Positions 1-8,833 of a DNA stretch of 32,000 bases are shown in pieces. Position 1 is the first letter of the stretch; every line of letters begins with the position of its first letter. The stretch covers positions 5,610,001 to 5,642,000 of the forward strand of contig CP104013.1 of the NCBI GenBank assembly GCA_025839675.1. Direction: 5' to 3'. The notes beneath the pieces were generated by a model that saw only the letters and a program-made list of their open reading frames with translations, was not told the origin of the DNA and ran no database searches. This stretch comes from Candidatus Lokiarchaeum ossiferum (GTDB lineage Archaea > Asgardarchaeota > Lokiarchaeia > Sigyniarchaeales > Promethearchaeaceae). A program made the translations under genes and the position numbers.

Positions 1-1002
1 ATTAGATCGACCTTTCTTTTGGATCATTATTAATCCGCATGTTTCCAAAATACGTAAATGGTGGGATACTGAAGCTTGTGATTTCTCTATTAAATTTTCA
101 ATCTCTGGGATCGTACTCGGACTTTTTCGCAGAAACTCTAAAACTTTCATCCGATCGGTATTACTTAAAGCATCGAAACATTCCGGATAATTTTCAGCAT
201 TTCTATCAGAAAGGAAATCCAAATTTTTTGTTAGAGAAAAGTGAATATATTTGCCACTTATTTTTCCAATTATGATTCCTAAATTTTCTAACGTAGTAAG
301 ATGGTGTTTAACAGTGGTCCTAGCCTTATTTAACAAGTTTTCCAATTCATTAATCTTTCTTGGTTTTTCTTTAATATATTTTACCATGTGAAATCTATCG
401 CTATTCCCGAGAGCATTAAACCATTTAGGGAGATTTGGATCTTGAAATAAGTCCTCAAAATCTATTTTAATTGATTTATTTAGTGAGCTGGAAAGTGAAG
501 TTTCTGTAGAAGGACTATCAATTTGCAAAAGTTGTTTAATCTGGTCGAATTTCTTTTCACTTTTCTCAAGTCGATCTTCAGTTTCTTCGAGAACTTTTTC
601 ATATTTCTGTTTTTCTTCTTTTTTTTTTTGGTGATTATGTAATGTTAGTTCAATTGTTGTTCGCAAATCATTCTCGTTTGTCACAGGTTTTACAATATAG
701 CTTGAAGGCTCTGTATCTTTAGCTTTTTCAAAAGTTTTTATGTCACTGTATGCAGTAAGGAAAATTATCGGAATGTCCATCGTCATATTAATTGTTTTTG
801 AAGCTTCAATTCCAGTCATATTGCCTCGCAACATAATATCCATCAGAATCAAATCGGGTTGGTCATTCTTTGCCTTTTGTATTGCTTCTTCACCTGTGAC
901 TGCTATACCAATTACTTGATATCCCATTTCAGATAGCATTTCTTTAAGATCTTTACTGGTGATGAATTCATCTTCTACAATGAGAATTTTTTTTACTTCC
1001 AC
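1..1002 (-). CDS. Response regulator: CheY-like receiver + K/E-rich coiled-coil linker + two tandem ArsR-type winged-HTH domains (3' end runs off the window)
   Basis: Absent from the ORF track because there is no stop in the window. My minus-strand translation from GTG at 1002 reads VEVKKILIVEDEF...PDLILMDIML...IIFLTAY...YIVKP, giving the receiver acidic pocket, phospho-Asp, T and K positions. A HQKKKEEKQKYEKVLEE linker follows. Then come SDRFHMVKYIKEKPRKINELENLLNKARTTVKHHLTTLENLGII and NTDRMKVLEFLRKSPSTIPEIENLIEKSQASVSHHLRILETCGLI, both ArsR-like. The frame is open to nt 1 and starts 14 nt after the kinase stop. Confidence 0.8.
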   Translation of the reverse strand, partial: MEVKKILIVEDEFITSKDLKEMLSEMGYQVIGIAVTGEEAIQKAKNDQPDLILMDIMLRGNMTGIEASKTINMTMDIPIIFLTAYSDIKTFEKAKDTEPSSYIVKPVTNENDLRTTIELTLHNHQKKKEEKQKYEKVLEETEDRLEKSEKKFDQIKQLLQIDSPSTETSLSSSLNKSIKIDFEDLFQDPNLPKWFNALGNSDRFHMVKYIKEKPRKINELENLLNKARTTVKHHLTTLENLGIIIGKISGKYIHFSLTKNLDFLSDRNAENYPECFDALSNTDRMKVLEFLRKSPSTIPEIENLIEKSQASVSHHLRILETCGLIMIQKKGRSN

Positions 1003-1015
1003 ATGACTAATTTTC

Positions 1016-3541
1016 TCATTCTTCCATAAAAATGATATGGAATTTCGTACCAAAATTTCGATATACTTTTATCGTTCCACCTAGTTGTTTTGCTAAACCT
1101 ATAATTAATTGAAGACCTAGAGTTTCAGTTTTTTCTAAATTGATCTCCTTCGGTATCCCTATTCCTGTATCTCCGGCAATTAATTCAATTTTATTGTCGG
1201 TTCTCTTCTTTGCTTTGATAAAGATGGTTCCTCTACTCTTTTCTGGGAAAGCATACTTCAATGCATTCGAAATAATTTCATTTATGATCAACCCGCAACT
1301 AATCGCTTGATCTAAATTTAGTTCGAAATCATCAATATCTATCTCTAAATGGATTAATTCGGGTGATTTTTGATAAGTTCTAAATAAATTTGAGACTAAA
1401 TTTTGGATATAATTACCAAAATCCAGTTTTCCCAGATCATCCGATCTATACAATGTTTCATGAATAAGTGACATCGTTTTGACTCGATTTTGAAAATCTA
1501 TATTTATTTGAAGGGTTTTATCATCAGAGATTTTAGGTTTTTGTAAACGGATTAGGCTTGAAATAATTTGTAAATTATTTTTAACTCTGTGATGAATTTC
1601 TTTTAAGAGTACATCTTTTTCTTGCAAAGATTTTTTTAAATCGTTTTGTTCTTTCTCTAATAGGATTTCATATTTTCGTCTTTGAGTGATATCAATTCCA
1701 TATCCAACAAAAAAATCTAATTCATTTTCATCATTAAAAATTGGTTGTCCATGCCATTCGGTCAGATATTTTTTTCCATCTTTTGAGATGATGTAATTCT
1801 CACTCAAAGTTGGGTTAGGATGATTTATCATATTCTCAAAAATTTTACTGACATATTGTTGCTCTTCTTTAGGTATAAAATTTTGTAAATAATTTTTTCC
1901 AACAACCTCTTCCAACTTATACTTCAATGTTTCCCTCATTTTTCTATTCATCATGATAGTTTTTCCTTCTTTATTAATTGCAACAAAAAAGGCTGGAGAT
2001 GCTTCGATTATGAGTTCATTGAAATCTCTTTGTTTTTTCAGCTGGTCTGTAAGTTTTTTCTGATTGGAAATATCTTGGATTGTCCCAAAAATTTTCACTG
2101 GATTATTATTCTGATCCTTGTACAACTTAGTCATGGACCATAAAGTCTTAACTTTGCCTCTGGAATCAATTATTCGATATTCCGTTATATCTGGGACATT
2201 CTCTCCATTTATCATTTTTTGAATAAGGCGTGTTATTCTTTCCTTGTCATCAGGGTGATAAATACTAAATAACAATTCTGGTGTTATCTCCGCCTCTGTG
2301 TTTAGATCAAAGATTTGATTAAATTCTTCACTTGTTTTTAATTTGTGTGTTTGAATGAAATATTCCCAATACCCAAAATTGGCAATTGCTTCAGCTAATT
2401 TTAAATTTGCTTCATTAGTTTTGAGTTTTTCTTCAGCAAGTTTTCGATCTGTTAAATCTATCCCAACACTTAATAAACCAACCTGATTTCCTTCATGATC
2501 AGTTATCGGCTTATTAGACCATGCTATCCAGACTCGTTCTCCATTTTTTTTCTGATTTTCGTTTATATTTTCCGTGTATTTTTCAGGATTTGTCGACAAA
2601 TCAGCGATCATTGGTTTTAAGTTTGTTCCTGTAGAATCGATGTGTGGAACTATTGTGTCCAACATATGTTGACCAATTAGTTCATCTGGATCAAAACCAA
2701 AGAATTCCTCCCCGAATTTATTAATAAACGTAATATTTCCGTCCGGATCTGTTTTTAATATGATTGATTTAACAGTATTTACTATATCAACAAAATTTGA
2801 TTCGTATTCTCTTTCTCTTGTAATGTCAATTACAGACGCTGCACGTATCATTTCGCCATTAAATTCTACTCTTCGACCTTCAATTTTTACGGGAAATGTG
2901 GTTCCGTCTTTCTTTTTTAGAATTGCCTCATATCTACCATCAATTTCTTTTACCATATGCTGGTGGACTGTTTTGTTAAATTCTGGGGAAATAAAGTCAA
3001 CATAATTTTTTCCAATGAGTTCAGATGACTTTTCATACCCGAGCATTCTGACAGCTTGCCGATTTAAAGAAAGAAAAAAGCCATCTTTAGAAAGAATTAT
3101 CCCTTCTGTGGAGGCTTTATCTAGATAGGCTAGTTGAGTCTCTCGATATTTTACTGTTGTAATATTTTCACATGATATTTGAATTCCTACAAATTTTCCT
3201 TGATTGTCATGGTATTTTTTAGTTTGTTGCTTAATCCATCGTATATTGTTGTCCGAACCAATGATCTGGTATTCAAATGGATTGCGTATGTTTCCTTCTA
3301 AATTATCATGGTGAAATTTGAGAAAACCTTGGTAGAAATCTGAATGACAAATCTCCTCAATAAACTTAGAATTTTCTAAAAATTTTTCTTTAGGATGACC
3401 AAATACTGAGAGAACTGCATCATTTGCAAATAAAATTAGACCTGAAGGAATTTCTCTGAACATCACTGCACATTCTAGTTGATTTACCAGTGTTTGGAAA
3501 AAATTCGTCTCAAATTCCATTAATGGTACTTGCTTTCCCAA
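1016..3541 (-). CDS. Cytoplasmic multi-PAS sensor histidine kinase (HisKA_2-type H-box + HATPase_c)
   Basis: 841-aa ORF. Five PAS/PAC boundary-like motifs are visible: CENITTVKYRE, VIDITREREYE, GIDLTDRKLAEE, IQDISNQKKL, GIDITQRRKYE. H-box is EIHHRVKNNLQIISSLIRLQ, N-box is NEIISNALKYAF, and G-boxes are GDTGIGIP and GLQLIIGLAKQLGG. No TM segment is seen. Confidence 0.9.
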   Translation of the reverse strand: MGKQVPLMEFETNFFQTLVNQLECAVMFREIPSGLILFANDAVLSVFGHPKEKFLENSKFIEEICHSDFYQGFLKFHHDNLEGNIRNPFEYQIIGSDNNIRWIKQQTKKYHDNQGKFVGIQISCENITTVKYRETQLAYLDKASTEGIILSKDGFFLSLNRQAVRMLGYEKSSELIGKNYVDFISPEFNKTVHQHMVKEIDGRYEAILKKKDGTTFPVKIEGRRVEFNGEMIRAASVIDITREREYESNFVDIVNTVKSIILKTDPDGNITFINKFGEEFFGFDPDELIGQHMLDTIVPHIDSTGTNLKPMIADLSTNPEKYTENINENQKKNGERVWIAWSNKPITDHEGNQVGLLSVGIDLTDRKLAEEKLKTNEANLKLAEAIANFGYWEYFIQTHKLKTSEEFNQIFDLNTEAEITPELLFSIYHPDDKERITRLIQKMINGENVPDITEYRIIDSRGKVKTLWSMTKLYKDQNNNPVKIFGTIQDISNQKKLTDQLKKQRDFNELIIEASPAFFVAINKEGKTIMMNRKMRETLKYKLEEVVGKNYLQNFIPKEEQQYVSKIFENMINHPNPTLSENYIISKDGKKYLTEWHGQPIFNDENELDFFVGYGIDITQRRKYEILLEKEQNDLKKSLQEKDVLLKEIHHRVKNNLQIISSLIRLQKPKISDDKTLQINIDFQNRVKTMSLIHETLYRSDDLGKLDFGNYIQNLVSNLFRTYQKSPELIHLEIDIDDFELNLDQAISCGLIINEIISNALKYAFPEKSRGTIFIKAKKRTDNKIELIAGDTGIGIPKEINLEKTETLGLQLIIGLAKQLGGTIKVYRNFGTKFHIIFMEE

Positions 3542-3558
3542 CGGAAAAAGCTTCAGTT

Positions 3559-4041
3559 TTAGGTAGAAGAAATGTGAAAAAGATCTGTTTCATTAGAAAA
3601 AACTGGGATATCTCTAAGTATTTTTTTTACTACTTTGAGAAAATCGTTTTCACTCGTTAAAGGTTTCTGAATTATTTCAAAAGGATAATTATCTTTATTT
3701 GAAGTTTTTGAAGGATATAACCTTGAACCAGTCAGAAATATTATTGGAATTGATAGATTTTGATTAATTATGCGAGCAGCTTCGATTCCAGTTATTTTTC
3801 CTTCCAAAATTATATCCATAACAATTAAATCCGGCTTGATTTCAGCTGAAGCTATAATACTCGCTTCTCCTGAACTCACACTCTTTACTACATGCATATT
3901 CATCGAATTAATCATAATTTTAAAAGCGGAACTCGTAATATAATCATCTTCAACTAATAAAACTTGAATTTGTCTCCCTTGAATCACAGCTGTTACCATT
4001 ATTATCATCTGAATCTTATATTTATTTATGTCAAGGTGCAA
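3559..4041 (-). CDS. Single-domain CheY-like response regulator
   Basis: IQVLLVEDDY...PDLIVMDIILEG...PIIFLTG...IIQKP are receiver signature positions, and there is no output domain. The true start may be an internal Met (MIIMVTAV, about nt 4008), since the listed start overlaps the upstream ORF by 16 nt. Confidence 0.8.
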   Translation of the reverse strand: MHLDINKYKIQMIIMVTAVIQGRQIQVLLVEDDYITSSAFKIMINSMNMHVVKSVSSGEASIIASAEIKPDLIVMDIILEGKITGIEAARIINQNLSIPIIFLTGSRLYPSKTSNKDNYPFEIIQKPLTSENDFLKVVKKILRDIPVFSNETDLFHISST

Positions 4042-4448
4042 ATTATAATTGAACTGCGTGGAATTTTTATTGCTGATAAGATAAAAGGGATTTCAATATC
4101 ATTCGCAGTTTTTATTTGAACATTCATTTTGGGAATTTCTTCAAAAATTTCAATTTCTTCCATAACAAACTCACTATCTTCGCAAGAAAGCAAATCGTCA
4201 AGCTGTAAATAATGTTGTTTTACAAGCTGAACTGTGCCATATTCAATTAATTTAGCAAATTTCTCAGTGCAATCAAGTATTCGTAAATCCGAAATCTGAA
4301 TCTTAAAAATATAGTCAATTTTTTTTGAATCAACTAATGTTTGAATATGAAATTTTAAATTAGTCATTGAAGTTTCTCGTTTAGAAAGTAACTTTCGAAA
4401 TCTATCCGATTGGGTCTTGATATTTGGATCATTCACATTTAAGTGCAT
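4026..4448 (-). CDS. Hypothetical protein, possibly a stand-alone PAS-like domain
   Basis: 140-aa ORF at the head of the two-component gene string. The segment ISDLRILDCTEKFAKLIEYGTVQLVKQHYLQLDDLL resembles a PAS core, but weakly. Confidence 0.5.
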   Translation of the reverse strand: MHLNVNDPNIKTQSDRFRKLLSKRETSMTNLKFHIQTLVDSKKIDYIFKIQISDLRILDCTEKFAKLIEYGTVQLVKQHYLQLDDLLSCEDSEFVMEEIEIFEEIPKMNVQIKTANDIEIPFILSAIKIPRSSIIICTLT

Positions 4449-4481
4449 ATATTTCCATCACTTCTATCAAACCATTTTCCT

Positions 4482-4646
4482 TTACGCGTATTCTTGGCGT
4501 TGTTTTAAGCTTTCTAATTTAACTTGAGGAGAAATTTCGTGCGATTCTTCTGGTACAAAGTTATGGGACTTAAGGATGGTATAGTATTCGTAAAAAACAG
4601 CCCCCGAAGGGATATATTTATTAAAATCTATTTCTATATTTGGCAT
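4482..4646 (-). CDS. Candidate small protein (54 aa), below the ORF-track size cut-off
   Basis: My translation: MPNIEIDFNKYIPSGAVFYEYYTILKSHNFVPEESHEISPQVKLESLKQRQEYA, then stop. It has an ATG start, sits 33 nt upstream of the 4448 start on the same strand, and its composition is not low-complexity. A TATA-like tatatatt lies about 50 nt upstream. Confidence 0.3.
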   Translation of the reverse strand: MPNIEIDFNKYIPSGAVFYEYYTILKSHNFVPEESHEISPQVKLESLKQRQEYA

Positions 4647-4977
4647 TGGGAATTCACTTTGTTTTGTTGTTGGTTGGTTTTTTGAGGGGTTCGGGTGTAT
4701 ATATTAGGTTGGGTTGAAATTATTAGGAACTTAATTTTAGAACTCTATACCTATTTAGAGATTTTTTGTAATTATTATCCCATTAGGTATTTGCTAATGG
4801 AATTAGTTATCTCCATATATATATTAGTTGTATATTATATGAAGTAATTGTTTTGTAATTTTTCCAATTTTTTTTTATTCAAATGACAATTGAAAATCAA
4901 ATTTCCTCTTTGTGAAATTTTCGATTTTATAAGGATCGATTGAAAATAAAATATGAAGAGATGTTGTTTAACTCGGT

Positions 4978-5184
4978 GTGATTCTCATGAAAGCTGACTG
5001 CACAAATTGTAAAAGACAATATGATGAAACAGAATGGTCACAATTTGTATCATTTTTACCATCCATTCAACGCGAAAAGTATTTTACTCAACAATTGTGC
5101 CCTGAATGCTATAAATTGCAACATTCAATGGAATTAGCTCAGCTAAAAATCGAGTTGAGTTTAACTACAGGAACAAATCTTTAA
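4978..5184 (+). CDS. Small zinc-ribbon protein (two CxxC pairs)
   Basis: CTNC...(33 aa)...CPEC. The start is probably the ATG at 4987 (MKADC). A T8 tract lies 23 nt downstream. Confidence 0.55.
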   Translation: MILMKADCTNCKRQYDETEWSQFVSFLPSIQREKYFTQQLCPECYKLQHSMELAQLKIELSLTTGTNL

Positions 5185-5206
5185 GATATCTTGTCTTTAA
5201 AAGTAA

Positions 5207-5214
5207 TTTTTTTT
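5207..5214 (+). terminator. Oligo-T (T8) archaeal-type termination signal
   Basis: T8 run directly after the 4978-5184 ORF, in a convergent intergenic gap. Confidence 0.4.
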
Positions 5215-5234
5215 CTTTGGTAAATATTTTCTTT

Positions 5235-5969
5235 TTAAAGGTTCCAATTTTTCTTCTCCAAAGCAATTGATTTGTGGAAAGGAAGATTAAGAAGATTTTG
5301 ATTCTGGCGAACAAATTTCGCTCCGAATCCTTTTAGATCTATGAAGCGCCCTGAAGTTAATTTTACTTTACCTGAAGATAAGATTTTCGTTTCCGATTGC
5401 TGTATTGCTTGAATCACATTCCATGGTGTTTGAAATTCATCTAGTAACACTTTGGCTTTAATTTCACTTACTCCTATTAATCCCTCAATAAAATTCAGCT
5501 GCATCTTAAGACCTATTTCTAAAGAGGGGATGTCCAAGGGTTCGTATACAAACGGGTTATTTTTTTGTTGATATTTCGCAAAACTCCAGATCGTTTGCGC
5601 TGTTTCAAATTCATCAAGAGTTGTGATTAACGGAATGTTTTCTTTATAAAGAGCATAAATAATCGCTCCATAAATTGAAGCAGGCGCAATTCCGGTCCGA
5701 TCAAACATTTTTCCTGGATTTTCTAAAATAATAAGCGATTCTGGATAATAGTATTTCATTTTTTGGATTTGGGAAAAAAACCGATTATCACAGATCGATG
5801 CAACTAAATCGTCACCACGCTTGCGTTCGATCCCCATAGTTGATGAGATAAGGTAATCTGCTGTTTTCAAAGTTTCTATTTGAAGATTACATGGAATATT
5901 GCTAAAATTTCTCCGAATTTCTCCTCTTTCCCGCTCGTCCATAATAATGAGTGGCTTAAATGTTTCCAT
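5235..5969 (-). CDS. xpf: Short-form XPF/ERCC4-family structure-specific endonuclease (nuclease domain + HhH2), catalytic motifs intact
   Basis: LIIMDERERGE, TADYLIS and GIERKRGDDL (ERK at nt 5820-5828) match the ERCC4 GDXn-ERKX3D signature. The C-terminal part, GVSEIKAKVLLDEFQTPWNVI...LKGFGAKFVRQNQNLL, looks like tandem helix-hairpin-helix. Confidence 0.85.
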   Translation of the reverse strand: METFKPLIIMDERERGEIRRNFSNIPCNLQIETLKTADYLISSTMGIERKRGDDLVASICDNRFFSQIQKMKYYYPESLIILENPGKMFDRTGIAPASIYGAIIYALYKENIPLITTLDEFETAQTIWSFAKYQQKNNPFVYEPLDIPSLEIGLKMQLNFIEGLIGVSEIKAKVLLDEFQTPWNVIQAIQQSETKILSSGKVKLTSGRFIDLKGFGAKFVRQNQNLLNLPFHKSIALEKKNWNL

Positions 5970-5970
5970 T

Positions 5971-6189
5971 TCATTTCACCCTAGTTTTTGAAGAAAATAA
6001 ACATCCTAAAACAAGCAAAATGATTATTCCAACTTCATATGTGCCCATAAATGTCAGTGATCGAGTTGCCCATGTGATTTTTGAGTTAAAATAAATAGCA
6101 CCGAGGATGAATACACCAACAGTCAATATTTTTCCAAGATCAATACCTCTCCCCATAGGATTTTTTATTTTTAAGATATTTAAAATCAA
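5971..6189 (-). CDS. Small membrane protein with two predicted TM helices
   Basis: ILTVGVFILGAIYF and VGIIILLVLGCLFS are hydrophobic helices. Its stop lies 1 nt from the XPF start. The real start may be the internal MGRG. Confidence 0.45.
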   Translation of the reverse strand: MILNILKIKNPMGRGIDLGKILTVGVFILGAIYFNSKITWATRSLTFMGTYEVGIIILLVLGCLFSSKTRVK

Positions 6190-6265
6190 ATGGATTTAGG
6201 AAGATCTTAAAATTATGTTACTTCATTAAATTTGAATCATCAGTCTCGATAGACATAAAAATTAA

Positions 6266-8833
6266 TTAGCTCGCTAGAAACGTGTTTAATGATGTTTGAA
6301 ATCGTAAGGGTTGAATTTCTCCCGTAATTTCTTTTATTTTTTCCAACTTAATTTTCGATTTCTGAGCCACCTCTAACGAATTTTCATTGGTAATTTGAGA
6401 GGCTTTATGGTAGCCCGCTTGGAATAACTTTCGGGCATTATTGCGACTTAAATTAGATAAATTTTCAAATAAGTCGACCAATTCTTCTTTAACCCCATGT
6501 TTAAGACGAATTGACAAAATTTTGAGATCATGAACAAGATTTTTACAATTATCGAATATATCTGAATAAATATGCAAGTGGTTGGTTATCGATTCAAAAA
6601 TTGAAGCTTCTCGGGCTAAATCATTGGTTAATGAAAATAAATCTCCAAGGCCAAATTTAGGATGATTTGCAATTATAGATTCTACCGTGGTTTCCTCAAT
6701 CCATTTATTAGCAATGGACAGAATAGGAAGAGGATCGCGAGAATGATCAAAGCAATAGCTCATAATTATTTTATCTAACATAAAAGAAACCGAAGAAAAT
6801 GAATATTGGCAGAGTAAATTCTTTATTCGGATTATTTTATGAGGGAAAATATAGAGATTGATTGCAAGCTGTCCCAATTTTGTAGCAGTAAAACGATCAT
6901 TAGATTTTGTTATGGCAATTAATCCATGTTCTTCTAAGAAATCATAAATGGACTCATGTTGAACTATTAAAGGTATTATAAGTTTTAGGTATTTATAGGC
7001 GGGATGAACGGGATTTCCTAAAATATATTTCATCAATGTGGTTAAATGGGTGCAAAGAGTCGGTGAATTGATTAGATCATATCCCGCATTAAAATATTTT
7101 TTCATAGGATTACAACTGCATTGCATCCCCACATGAATATCAATCCTACAGTGATAACGATTTTTTATTATCTTTTTCTTCGATAAGGAACTGCTGATTG
7201 ATGCAATAATACTTTCTGGCGTGATTTTCGAAAAATCATAATTGAAACGAGTGATATCACAACTTGGAGCTCCAAATTGATCCAAAAAATAATCATAATT
7301 TAGGGAATCTACGGAAAAAAATTGCGATAATTCCAGGAAGGAACTTTTTTTGTATCCTTTTTGCAATTCCCCCGAATAAAGTTGAGATGCAAAAAAAGTT
7401 TTTTGAAGTAATTTTGAGATATCTTGTTTAGAAATACCAGGATTTTCATGAATTATAAGCAATACTAATTCTTGCAAAATGGGTCGATCTTTCAATTTTG
7501 AAGTAAGTTGCGCATATTTTGGTATCATTGTTCCATCATTTGCCACTTTTTCTTGAAAGTACTCCGATCTTACAAAATTTTTTTCTTCTTCATTTCGAAG
7601 CAGAATAATCCCCTTTCCTGCTTGATCATATCCCAATCGTCCCGCTCTTCCAAGCATTTGATGCAATTGGTTTGAAGAAAGGGGATGAAATACTCCAGAT
7701 GAAGTTAAACAATTTCGATAACCATCTTCCAAATAATCGGCATTAGATACTTCCCATGTTTTGCGATGTTGGACGATATCTGATATAATGGAAAAACGAG
7801 CAGGTGTGTTTACTCCTGCCGCAAGTGTTGACGTTGCAATTAATACCTTGATATTGTGCTCCTTATAAAGTTTTTCTACTATACGTCGGTCCAACACGCT
7901 TAAAGAAGCATTATGATATGCAATACCAAAGGGAATGACTTCTTTTAATACTGTTGCAACAGAACGGTTTGCTTTAAGATTTTTTACGCCTTTTATACAT
8001 TGATCTTTTTCAATATCTGATAAATAATTAACTACAACAGATTTCAGCAATTGGGTGAAATTTAAACAATCTTTGCGTCTATTGACAAAAACAATAACTT
8101 GTCCCTTTTCTTCCAAAGCAAACTTTACAATTCGTTTAATTTCTGAGAGTTTATTTTTGTAAATGCGAAATTCATAATCCAGCTTAATTGGTCTTTTTTT
8201 TGCATGTAATAATTGGAATCGTTTTCCAAAACTGCTCAACCATTTTGCAAAACTCTCATAATTTGCTATAGTGGCGCTTAAGCATATAACTTGGAGAAAG
8301 GACAATCTATCAAGAATTCGAGTAAGCAATATTTCTAAATGGGCTCCTCTTCGGGAAGATGAAATTTCATGAACTTCATCAATAACTAGCAATGATATCT
8401 TTTTTAAAATTGGATGATTTTGGCGAACCAAAGTATCGAATTTCTCGAAAGTTGTGATAATTAAATCAGCTCCTTCAATTATTCTATCTTCAGCCTCTGT
8501 ATCGGAGGTGATAGTTTTAACTAAAAAAGAATTTCCAATCTTTTCTTTGGTTAAGATCTGGGAAAAATGATATTTTTTTTCTGTTGCTAGAGCTTTGTAG
8601 GGTACTAAGTAGATTGTAACTCCTGATCCATTTAATAAATGCTTTGCAATAGCTAGCTCCGCAATTAATGTTTTACCTGATCCTGAAGGGGAACAAACTA
8701 AAAAATTTTGATTAAAAAACAATCCTCGTTGGATGGCTTCCGTTTGGATTGTATGAAGGCTCTTAATCTGCTGCACCTCCAAAAGTCTAATTAGAGATCT
8801 ATAGGGAACTATTTCGTTAATTTCAGTCATCAT
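6266..8833 (-). CDS. Ski2/Hel308-like DEVH-box SF2 helicase with an inserted SWIM-type zinc finger and a C-terminal HhH-like domain
   Basis: Motif I SPSGSGKT, motif II VIDEVHE, motif III LSAT, motif VI QMLGRAGRLG. The C-terminal LSRNNARKLFQAGYHKASQI resembles Hel308 domain 5. The ATGATG start overlaps the upstream stop (ATGA). Confidence 0.9.
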   Translation of the reverse strand: MMTEINEIVPYRSLIRLLEVQQIKSLHTIQTEAIQRGLFFNQNFLVCSPSGSGKTLIAELAIAKHLLNGSGVTIYLVPYKALATEKKYHFSQILTKEKIGNSFLVKTITSDTEAEDRIIEGADLIITTFEKFDTLVRQNHPILKKISLLVIDEVHEISSSRRGAHLEILLTRILDRLSFLQVICLSATIANYESFAKWLSSFGKRFQLLHAKKRPIKLDYEFRIYKNKLSEIKRIVKFALEEKGQVIVFVNRRKDCLNFTQLLKSVVVNYLSDIEKDQCIKGVKNLKANRSVATVLKEVIPFGIAYHNASLSVLDRRIVEKLYKEHNIKVLIATSTLAAGVNTPARFSIISDIVQHRKTWEVSNADYLEDGYRNCLTSSGVFHPLSSNQLHQMLGRAGRLGYDQAGKGIILLRNEEEKNFVRSEYFQEKVANDGTMIPKYAQLTSKLKDRPILQELVLLIIHENPGISKQDISKLLQKTFFASQLYSGELQKGYKKSSFLELSQFFSVDSLNYDYFLDQFGAPSCDITRFNYDFSKITPESIIASISSSLSKKKIIKNRYHCRIDIHVGMQCSCNPMKKYFNAGYDLINSPTLCTHLTTLMKYILGNPVHPAYKYLKLIIPLIVQHESIYDFLEEHGLIAITKSNDRFTATKLGQLAINLYIFPHKIIRIKNLLCQYSFSSVSFMLDKIIMSYCFDHSRDPLPILSIANKWIEETTVESIIANHPKFGLGDLFSLTNDLAREASIFESITNHLHIYSDIFDNCKNLVHDLKILSIRLKHGVKEELVDLFENLSNLSRNNARKLFQAGYHKASQITNENSLEVAQKSKIKLEKIKEITGEIQPLRFQTSLNTFLAS
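7046..7120 (-). other. SWIM zinc-finger signature (CxC-x19-CxH) inside the helicase
   Basis: Protein segment MQCSCNPMKKYFNAGYDLINSPTLCTHLTTLMKYIL. CSC is encoded at 7112-7120 and CTH at 7046-7054, followed by a helix-like stretch as in canonical SWIM. Confidence 0.6.

Noticed and set aside
39-275. 78-aa plus-strand ORF at the left edge
   Set aside because: It lies antisense within the response-regulator frame, whose two ArsR-type HTH domains translate cleanly on the minus strand.
4449-4977. The long AT-rich spacer as a replication origin or as a tRNA/ncRNA locus
   Set aside because: There is no adjacent orc1/cdc6 and no repeated ORB-like elements, only a single 7-bp palindrome. I could fold no cloverleaf or extended conserved stem by eye.
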